From Elusimicrobiales bacterium (GTDB lineage: Bacteria; Elusimicrobiota; Elusimicrobia; Elusimicrobiales; Elusimicrobiaceae), in assembly GCA_041651175.1 (NCBI GenBank), contig JBAZJT010000002.1:17322-81321 (forward strand): a stretch of DNA of 64,000 nt, written 5' to 3'. A model generated the notes under the pieces. It was not told the origin of the DNA. It did no database searches and worked only from the letters and a program-made list of their open reading frames with translations. Below are positions 52,339 through 58,875 of the stretch, piece after piece. The stretch's first letter is position 1, and each line of letters starts with the position of its first letter. A program made the translations under genes and the position numbers.

Positions 52339-53744
52339 GCCGGGGTTCCGGTTTCAGGCGGCGCGGACCGTCCTGTCTGCGAAGGCGAAGGCGGGGGCGG
52401 AGCAACGGCCCGTCCAGTCTGCCCCGGAGGGGGCGGCGCGGCGCGTCCTGTCTGCGAAGGCGAAGGCGGGGGTGGCGCGGCATGACCGGTCCGGGACGGG
52501 GGCGCGGGAGCAGCACGTCCGGTCTGTCCCGGGGGCGGCGGTGCGGCGCGTCCCGTTTGGGAAGGGGATGGCGGCGGCGGAGGGGCAGCCCGTCCGGTCT
52601 GTCCCGGAAGCGGCGGCACGGCGCGTCCGGTCTGCGCCGGAGAGGGCGGAGAGGGGGCGGGGCTGTCTGCGCGGGGCGGCGCGTCTGGCGCGTTCCGCTC
52701 TGTCCCGGGCGGCGCCTCTTTTTCTGTTCGGAAAGGCGGTTTCCCCGCCGTTTCCGGTTGAGTCTCGGATTGTCCGGCGGTTCTTGCTGTTTGCGAAACC
52801 GCGTCCGCGGACTGAGCCACTGCACCGTCCGTGCCCGGCGGCTGCGCCGCATCGGGTCTGGCGGAGGCGGCCCTGCGTTTTTTCTGGGCGATGCCGTCGC
52901 GCGCCACGGAAAGCGCGTGCACGGGATTCATCATGGCATAACCGGTTTCATCCAGCAGTTTTTTGCTGACAAGGCCGGCAAGCCTGGGGCGGGGGGCTTT
53001 TTGACCGGGCTGCGCGTTTACCGGCGTTATCATGTCAGCCGGAATGCCGAGCCGCTGGCAGGCTATCTGCGCGAATTCATACCGGCTCACAAAATCCGGC
53101 CCGGCGGCGTGGTAGAGCCCGGTTTTCTCCTTTAGAACAAGCAGCAGGACGGCGGCCGCCAGGTCGGGGGCGAAAGTCGGGGTGCAATACTCGGTTGAGG
53201 ATAGTTCCATCCGCTCGTTTTTTCCGGCTTTATCCATTATCTGCGTCAGCAAATTAGGCGAATCCGCTCCATAGACCCCGCTACTGCGTATGATGACGGA
53301 GCCGAACGAGGCGCCGGCACAGATTTTCTCCGCCTTGAGTTTGGTCTGGCCGTAGACGTTTACGGGATTTGGTTTGGCTGTTTCGTCGTAGGGGCCGCGG
53401 GCGCCGTCAAAGACATTATCGGTTGAAAGGCAGGCCAGCCGCGTTTTGTGCAGGTCGCACAGCCGGAGTATGTTGCGCGCGCCCTCTACGTTTACCTGCT
53501 CCGCCTGGCGCTCGTTTTCCTGGCATAAATCCGGGTCTGTCATGGCGGCGCAGAGTATGGCGGCATCCGGCTTGAACGATTCAAAAATTTCCTCAAAAGC
53601 ATGGGACAGCCGTATATCCGCCTTGAGCAGGCCGCCGGCATCGCTTTTAGCGGAGGTGCCTTTGGCTTCAATGGAGTAATTCCCGCATTCGCGCAGAATG
53701 GCCCCGCCCACCTGCCCGGAAGCGCCTATGACCAGTATTTTCAT
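52335..53744 (-). CDS. RmlD-like NAD(P)-dependent sugar-nucleotide reductase with ~180-aa Pro-rich repeat C-terminal tail
   Basis: Start taken at ATG 53744 (MKILVIGASGQVGGAIL). CAAMTDPDLCQ, STDNVFDG, NVYGQTKLKAE (YxxxK) match dTDP-4-dehydrorhamnose reductase by eye. The same ORF continues into the QTGRAAPPPP(SPS/G) repeats. Confidence 0.7.
   Translation of the reverse strand: MKILVIGASGQVGGAILRECGNYSIEAKGTSAKSDAGGLLKADIRLSHAFEEIFESFKPDAAILCAAMTDPDLCQENERQAEQVNVEGARNILRLCDLHKTRLACLSTDNVFDGARGPYDETAKPNPVNVYGQTKLKAEKICAGASFGSVIIRSSGVYGADSPNLLTQIMDKAGKNERMELSSTEYCTPTFAPDLAAAVLLLVLKEKTGLYHAAGPDFVSRYEFAQIACQRLGIPADMITPVNAQPGQKAPRPRLAGLVSKKLLDETGYAMMNPVHALSVARDGIAQKKRRAASARPDAAQPPGTDGAVAQSADAVSQTARTAGQSETQPETAGKPPFRTEKEAPPGTERNAPDAPPRADSPAPSPPSPAQTGRAVPPLPGQTGRAAPPPPPSPSQTGRAAPPPPGQTGRAAPAPPSRTGHAAPPPPSPSQTGRAAPPPPGQTGRAVAPPPPSPSQTGRSAPPETGTPA
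52338..52645 (-). repeat. in-frame imperfect tandem repeat, 75-nt (25-codon) period, ~4 copies
   Basis: tcctgtctgcgaaggcgaaggcggggg recurs exactly 75 nt apart (about 52371 and 52446). The encoded units alternate between QTGRAAPPPPSPS and QTGRAAPPPPG. Confidence 0.8.
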
Positions 53745-53752
53745 CCGTGAAA

Positions 53753-53761
53753 ATTCTAGCA
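53753..53761 (-). promoter_or_regulatory. extended -10 box TGCTAGAAT, 8 nt upstream of the rmlD-like ATG
   Basis: The minus strand reads caattttGCTAGAATtttcacggATG. No Shine-Dalgarno lies between the box and the ATG, which suggests a leaderless or near-leaderless transcript. Confidence 0.35.
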
Positions 53762-53865
53762 AAATTGCCCCTTGCCAGGCGAAGCGCCCCATGCGTCCCT
53801 GCTGTTCGGTAAAACGCGCGCGGAAACATGCGTTTGCAGGTTTCGGCGCAAGCGCGGGGCCGGCG

Positions 53866-54849
53866 TTACCGTGAAACTTTTTCCGCCGCGCCTGAAAACA
53901 CCTTGTCCATGGCTGATTTGATGCCGGAGCGCACCGCTTCCGTGGCGGCGCCGTTCCATTGCTTGGGGTCGGCGCGCAGAAAGCTGGTTTTATCCACGCG
54001 GTTGTCAAAACGGCCTATGGGCAGGTAAAAAGTCCTGCTGCGGGTTTCCACGGAGATTGCGCCCGGGCGGGGGGAATGCTGCTCCAGCCAGTCCATGTCG
54101 TCGCAGCCGTAATCGCCCAGCATGACGGCTTCGGGCACGCCGTGGTGGAGTATGGAGCCGGGGTCGTCCGGGTTGGCGCGCGCGGCGTTTTTGCGGCGGG
54201 ATTCCTCCGGCGTTACCCAGATATAAAGTATCACGGCTTTTTTGAGAATTTCATCCGACAACAGCGCCAGCGAATGCCTGTAGCCGAACGGCGACTTCAG
54301 CGGCATGGGAGAGCCCTGCGCCCCGCCGCGCGCAAATTCTATCACCACCGTTTTCCCTTCAAGCGGGGCATAGGCGGCGGTTTTTTCCCTGATAAGCTTG
54401 GCCGATTCCGCTTCAAGCGCGGCGCAGATTTTGGATTGCGCCGCCGCGTCCAGCCGGGAGAATCTTCCCGAAATGCCGCATTTGCCGGCGGCGCGCTCTA
54501 TGCGCGCCAGCGTCCGGGCGGCGGCATCGCCCGCCGGATAGCTTTTTTGCGCCGCAAGGTCGGCATAATCCTCGTTAATAAGCTCTATAAGCGTTCCCCA
54601 GTCGCGCGGGTCGGCGAAGGGTTTGTCCGGCGCGGAAAAAAACATGCGCGGCTTGCCCAGTGCGGCGGCCTCGTCGTCCGCGCGGCGCATGATATGCACA
54701 TACGGGAAATCGTCCAGCTGGACGGTCGGTCCCATGTGAAAACTGTCGCGGCAGGTTTGCGGGGTCTGGAATTCCAGATACCGCCGCACCTCCGATTTGC
54801 CCGAAGCCGGCAGCGCCAGCAGCAACACGATGTCCAGAGTGTCTTTCAT
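53866..54849 (-). CDS. uncharacterised P-loop protein (Walker A LPASGKS, PFK-2/kinase-like?)
   Basis: 327 aa. DIVLLLALPASGKSEVRRYL resembles the GLPARGKT P-loop of 6-phosphofructo-2-kinase-type kinases. VVIEFARGG is a possible Walker B strand. Host-like high GC. ATGA overlap with the HNH gene stop. Confidence 0.5.
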   Translation of the reverse strand: MKDTLDIVLLLALPASGKSEVRRYLEFQTPQTCRDSFHMGPTVQLDDFPYVHIMRRADDEAAALGKPRMFFSAPDKPFADPRDWGTLIELINEDYADLAAQKSYPAGDAAARTLARIERAAGKCGISGRFSRLDAAAQSKICAALEAESAKLIREKTAAYAPLEGKTVVIEFARGGAQGSPMPLKSPFGYRHSLALLSDEILKKAVILYIWVTPEESRRKNAARANPDDPGSILHHGVPEAVMLGDYGCDDMDWLEQHSPRPGAISVETRSRTFYLPIGRFDNRVDKTSFLRADPKQWNGAATEAVRSGIKSAMDKVFSGAAEKVSR

Positions 54850-55472
54850 AGTGGTTTCTCCTCTCGTCTACCGATAAAAGCGCATGTGACGGAATAATGC
54901 GGTTTAAGTTTTCCGTTTTCTGGTTTTAAGTAAGAATCCTCAATAAATCGGTATCCTTCGGCTTTGTTCGGAAAACCTTTCAATATATTATCCAGCGTTA
55001 TCCAGTGGGTTTTTCTGCGCCCACATAATTTGAAGTCGTCGCGCAGGTTTAGCAACTTTATCATATACTGGCTGTTGCCACCATTCGGCGACACTTTGCC
55101 ATTACTCAAGTACATGAATATTTTGCTGTCATAGGTGCTGGAATGAGGATCTGTAAATTTCGCTGCGTCGTAGTTATTGCTTTTGTGGTGGCCGCAATGC
55201 TCTTTTGTGTTGCATGAGTAAGCAAGGTTGCTATATTCGTATTTGGCATCGGGATAAGTTGAGCGAGGTTTCATATGCTCAATATGCCCATCTTGTGTTG
55301 ATGGCACAGCCGATTCGCAATAGCAACATAAAAAATGCTGCTCACTAATCAATGACTCTCCAACTTTTTGGTGACAGGCCCCATTCGTTTGCGCAAAAAC
55401 CCCCCATTCTTGACCTGATGGTTGGCTGCCAAGACAAGATGGCGGAGATGGCGTCCTAGTGATTTTCTTCAT
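54846..55472 (-). CDS. ptuB: small HNH endonuclease, PtuB-like (TIGR02646-type)
   Basis: 208 aa. CCYCES-x8-GHIEHMKPRS ... NLAYSCNTKEHCGHHKSN is the C-x-Y-C-E / H-I-E-H / C..CG..K pattern of the HNH partner of Septu/retron ATPases. Low GC. 17-nt overlap with the ATPase gene. Confidence 0.75.
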   Translation of the reverse strand: MKKITRTPSPPSCLGSQPSGQEWGVFAQTNGACHQKVGESLISEQHFLCCYCESAVPSTQDGHIEHMKPRSTYPDAKYEYSNLAYSCNTKEHCGHHKSNNYDAAKFTDPHSSTYDSKIFMYLSNGKVSPNGGNSQYMIKLLNLRDDFKLCGRRKTHWITLDNILKGFPNKAEGYRFIEDSYLKPENGKLKPHYSVTCAFIGRREEKPL

Positions 55473-56808
55473 TCTTCTTGGCTAAATAGTCCAACTGTTT
55501 TATTCGCATTGCGGCATATTGCAAATCTTTATCGCCTGTTCCCAGTTCGTTCTGCAATTCTTCCAGCAACCTGATGGCTTCATCTGTATTATGTTGACGC
55601 TTCTCCACCAACCCAAGATATTGAGTCAGTTTTTCTTCCTGTACCGGCGGGCGCGGGGGAACGTCAAAAATTTCCGCCAAAACTCTATTGCTTTCGCTGC
55701 CGAGGGTTCCCATGTCATCTGCAATATCGGACAATGCCCCATCCTCATTGATGATTCTTATATGCTTTTTATGCACAGACGTAATCACCTGCGGGGAATG
55801 GGTGGTAACGATAAATTGTATTGATGGGAATGCCCTGGTCAGGGAAGGCAGAATTGTTTGCTGCCATTTCGGATGCAGGTGCATATCAATTTCATCAATC
55901 AGCACAATGCCTTGAGTGGTTTTGATGGCTTCCTGGGCTGGCAAATGAGAGTTAAGTCTTATCGCGCGGTGGGCAATATCCGCGGTCAGCGCCACCATAT
56001 TTCTGACACCGTCGCTGAGCCAGTCCACCGGCAGGGTTATGCCGGTAGACGCCTGTTCCATGATAATGCCGTCCTTGGATCCCTTGAAGTCAATGTTTTT
56101 CCAGTCCAAAGGCTCAATAATAGCGTTCACGGCTGTTTTGAAAGCTTGCAAAGAGGCTTGTATTTTCTCCAATTGCAGGGGATTGTCTCGTTCGTCAAAT
56201 GCCGCGCGGTGAAATCTCTCAAACCATTCCGCGAAAATTTTGTAACTAGACATCCCTGACAGACAAAGCATATACCCGGCGGTGCGGGACAAGTTTTCTT
56301 TTCTTTTTGTGAAAAACCGCATGTCGCCCCACAAGCGTCCTGTCCCGTAATAGGAGATTAAAGGCAAAGCGACAGACACGGAAGCTGTTTGGACTTGTTT
56401 CTGCAAATGTTTGCCAAAATTTATAAGTGGTCTGCTTCCGCCATATGTTGTATGAGACTTGTCTCCGGACAACATTCTTTCCCATTTTTCCTGATTGCCA
56501 TCTATAATTCCATCAGCAAACATCTTCACGGGAAATTGTTTTTCTGATTCTCTCATGCCTGCGGATGATTCCAAGAGTTTGCGCCTGACATCAGACGTGT
56601 GGAATTGAGCGCTTTGCACTGTGCCAAAAACGCCGACAAATGGTCCCAGCGCAATGGCCACAGCATCAAGAACCGCTGTTTTCCCGCAACCGTTTTTCGC
56701 CACAAGAACAGTCAGCTTTTCATCAAAAGCAATCGCCAGTTTTTCAAAGCGGCGGTAGTTGTGTAATTCCAGACTTCTTATTTGTAACAGCTTCTTGTCA
56801 TCGCTCAT
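55456..56808 (-). CDS. ptuA: ABC/SMC-like AAA_15/AAA_21-type ATPase, PtuA-like
   Basis: 450 aa. Walker A LTVLVAKNGCGKTAVLDA. LSDGVRNM signature-like. Walker B GIVLIDEIDMHLHPKWQ. FIVTTHSPQV. Low GC (23/60 and 26/60 in hand-counted lines). GAAGGGGA Shine-Dalgarno 4 nt upstream. Confidence 0.75.
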   Translation of the reverse strand: MSDDKKLLQIRSLELHNYRRFEKLAIAFDEKLTVLVAKNGCGKTAVLDAVAIALGPFVGVFGTVQSAQFHTSDVRRKLLESSAGMRESEKQFPVKMFADGIIDGNQEKWERMLSGDKSHTTYGGSRPLINFGKHLQKQVQTASVSVALPLISYYGTGRLWGDMRFFTKRKENLSRTAGYMLCLSGMSSYKIFAEWFERFHRAAFDERDNPLQLEKIQASLQAFKTAVNAIIEPLDWKNIDFKGSKDGIIMEQASTGITLPVDWLSDGVRNMVALTADIAHRAIRLNSHLPAQEAIKTTQGIVLIDEIDMHLHPKWQQTILPSLTRAFPSIQFIVTTHSPQVITSVHKKHIRIINEDGALSDIADDMGTLGSESNRVLAEIFDVPPRPPVQEEKLTQYLGLVEKRQHNTDEAIRLLEELQNELGTGDKDLQYAAMRIKQLDYLAKKNEENH

Positions 56809-56833
56809 AAAGTCCCCTTCACACGCCGCCCAT

Positions 56834-56841
56834 ATATTACA
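56834..56841 (-). promoter_or_regulatory. weak -10-like element TG+TAATAT in the 39-nt spacer upstream of the ATPase gene
   Basis: The minus strand reads cgatttTGTAATATatgggcggcgtgtGAAGGGGActttATG. This would give the cassette its own promoter and Shine-Dalgarno. Very tentative. Confidence 0.2.
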
Positions 56842-56847
56842 AAATCG

Positions 56848-58104
56848 TCAAAGGCTATTTCCGCCGGATATGGTTTGCCTGGCAGCCGCGTCGGCTTTCA
56901 GGATGGCGGAAAACTCTTTTCCGCAGTTGAAAAATTCCGCAACCAGCAGGCCTGCGGATGCGAGCGTTTTCATGTTTGCGGGCTTTGGCGCGGGGCCGCC
57001 TGAAACTTTCGCCAGCAAAGGCAGCGGTTCCCGGTTGTGATAGCCGTAGTCCGCGCGGTGGGCCATGCCGTGGTCCGCCGTTATTATAAGCAGGTCGCCT
57101 CTGGCGAGGCTGCGCATGATTTCGCCCAGCATGGCGTCGGCGGCCTCCAGGCAGCGCAACGCGCCTTCCGCGTCGCGGGTATGGCCGTAAAGACTGTCCG
57201 TATCCACGAAATTGGAGAAAATGAAGGTTCCGTTCGGGCGGTAAACGGTTTTGGAGGCGGCAACCGCGTTATATGTCCCCTGCGCCGACAGTGGATTTGT
57301 ATCCTTGCCCTGCGGATGGATAAAGCCGCGGACAAACTGCGGGGAGACGAAGGCTTTGTCGGCCAGCTTTACTCTCTCGTGCCAGCCGGCGTTCACCAGC
57401 TCCGCCGTTTTGCCGACGGCGCAGGCCCATACGCCTCGCACCGCAAGAATGTCCGGCAGGGTTTTGCCCTGCAGCGGCAGCACGGCGTCGTGGCGGTTGG
57501 CGGTGCGTATTATCTCGCCGCCGGGGCCGCGTCTGTAGGCGCGCGCTATCGCGCGGGTAACGGGAATGCCCATCTCCTTGGCAAGCGCAAACGCGGCGTC
57601 GGCTATGGAGTGCTGCTCGCGCACGGGAATAACGGCCTCGCTCATGGCGATTTGGATGAGCGGGTCGCATTTGCTGGCATAGACTATGGGATGTCCGGTT
57701 GTTTCATGCTCCAGCGCGTTAAGCTCTATCGCCTCCATGCCGCCGGCCATTTTGTTGAATATCGTTTTGCGGCCCACAAGCAGCTCCAGCGCGCGTATAT
57801 AGTTTTCCGGGAAACCGTCCGGGAAAAGGCTGAAGGTGCGGTTATCCACCACGCCCATCATCTCGCGGTGGCCCACCACGCTGTCGGCTGAGGCGGAGGC
57901 CTGCTCAACGCGCGCGGCAAAGGAGTCCGCGTCCGTTTTCGCGCCGATTTGGGCTTTGTGCTCCGGGGAAACTATTTCGCCAAGCCCAAGCGCGGCCAGA
58001 TTTGGAATGTTCAGCGGCCCGGGATGTTTTGAAAGCAGATAATCCAGAGTGTCCAGCCCGACGGCATCTATGACAAGCAGCAGGGCTGTCTTGGAATTGG
58101 ACAT
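56848..58104 (-). CDS. deoB: phosphopentomutase-like metalloenzyme (DeoB / alkaline-phosphatase superfamily)
   Basis: ALLLVIDAVGLDT, NIPNLAALGL, DSVVGHRE, IFSNFVDTDSLYGHTRD, LLIITADHGMAHRADYGYHNREPLPLL are collinear with E. coli DeoB motifs. I prefer ATG 58104 (GGAG 6 nt upstream) to the track GTG 58119. Confidence 0.7.
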   Translation of the reverse strand: MSNSKTALLLVIDAVGLDTLDYLLSKHPGPLNIPNLAALGLGEIVSPEHKAQIGAKTDADSFAARVEQASASADSVVGHREMMGVVDNRTFSLFPDGFPENYIRALELLVGRKTIFNKMAGGMEAIELNALEHETTGHPIVYASKCDPLIQIAMSEAVIPVREQHSIADAAFALAKEMGIPVTRAIARAYRRGPGGEIIRTANRHDAVLPLQGKTLPDILAVRGVWACAVGKTAELVNAGWHERVKLADKAFVSPQFVRGFIHPQGKDTNPLSAQGTYNAVAASKTVYRPNGTFIFSNFVDTDSLYGHTRDAEGALRCLEAADAMLGEIMRSLARGDLLIITADHGMAHRADYGYHNREPLPLLAKVSGGPAPKPANMKTLASAGLLVAEFFNCGKEFSAILKADAAARQTISGGNSL

Positions 58105-58137
58105 GGGGAACTCCGTCACTTATGCCTGCCTCGATAG

Positions 58138-58875
58138 CTACCAGCCGTTGCCGATACGCTCCACCAGCAGTTCGGGCAGGCCGGCGGAACGCATCATTTT
58201 CTGGGTGGCGGCTATTGGATATTCCAGCCGGAATAACTGGAACGCGCGCTCCTGTGAATCATAGAGCGCGCAGGAGACGCGCGGGTTTCTGTCCCGCGGC
58301 TGGCCGACGGAACCGGGATTGAATATATACCTGTGTCCGTCCAGCATTGTGATTTTCTGGCGGTGCGTAAGCCCTTCCATCAGCGGAAAGCGCACGCCCA
58401 TGCAGCTCATCACGAAAGGCACATGGCTGTGGCCCACTATGCAGGCCCGGGTATGCCAGACCTCCATGCTTTCCAGGAATTGCTCGCCGGTAAGCAGATA
58501 TTCCTCCGCCGGGTTTTTCGGCGAACCGTGGACTATGGTGATGTCTTCAACCTCCAGCGTTTTGGGCAGGGATTCAAGAAATTGGACGGATTCGTCCGAC
58601 AGAATGGCGCGGGTAAGCCCCAGCGCCTGCGCCGCGCAGGAGTTGAACCAGCTTACCGGCAGCTGGCCTATGGCCGCCATGTCGTGGTTGCCGATGACGC
58701 AATGCAGCCCTTTGAGAGAGCGCACCATCTCCACGCATTCGTTGGGCTGGGGGCCGTAGCCCACCAGGTCGCCGCAGCAGAAGTAGCCGTCCGGCGAAAA
58801 CTCCTCCAGGAAATTCAGCGCCGCCGCCAGCGCCTCGTAATTGCCGTGAATGTCCGAAATCACTCCGTACTTCAT
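58138..58875 (-). CDS. calcineurin-like metallophosphoesterase (YfcE/Metallophos_2-type)
   Basis: 245 aa. ISDIHGN, CCGDLVGYGP, GNHD, GHSH, NPGSVGQPRD. ATGA overlap with the smc stop. Confidence 0.8.
   Translation of the reverse strand: MKYGVISDIHGNYEALAAALNFLEEFSPDGYFCCGDLVGYGPQPNECVEMVRSLKGLHCVIGNHDMAAIGQLPVSWFNSCAAQALGLTRAILSDESVQFLESLPKTLEVEDITIVHGSPKNPAEEYLLTGEQFLESMEVWHTRACIVGHSHVPFVMSCMGVRFPLMEGLTHRQKITMLDGHRYIFNPGSVGQPRDRNPRVSCALYDSQERAFQLFRLEYPIAATQKMMRSAGLPELLVERIGNGW

Noticed and set aside
52338-52645. Tandem repeats considered as a possible CRISPR array
   Set aside because: The repeats are contiguous with no unique spacers, have a 75-nt period, are in-frame within a CDS, and no cas genes are present. 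I found no CRISPR array anywhere in the window.
52023-53135. 370-aa Arg-rich plus-strand ORF (and 52151-52852, 52337-52969) over the repeat region
   Set aside because: These are frame and strand shadows of the Pro-rich repeat (CCG/CGG-rich DNA reads as R/G/A on the other frames). The minus frame continuous with the RmlD-like domain is the only one joined to a recognisable domain.
53745-54008. Track start (54008) giving an 88-aa N-terminal extension on the RmlD-like protein
   Set aside because: The extension is Arg/Ala/Pro-rich, and it overlaps the 3' end of the upstream P-loop gene. The Rossmann motif MKILVIGASGQVGG normally sits at the extreme N-terminus, so ATG 53744 was chosen.
54846-56847. 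Retron (RT + msr/msd) associated with the PtuAB-like pair
   Set aside because: No reverse-transcriptase ORF is present, and there is no non-coding space for an msr/msd RNA. The only spacer is 39 nt and the downstream junction is a 4-nt overlap.
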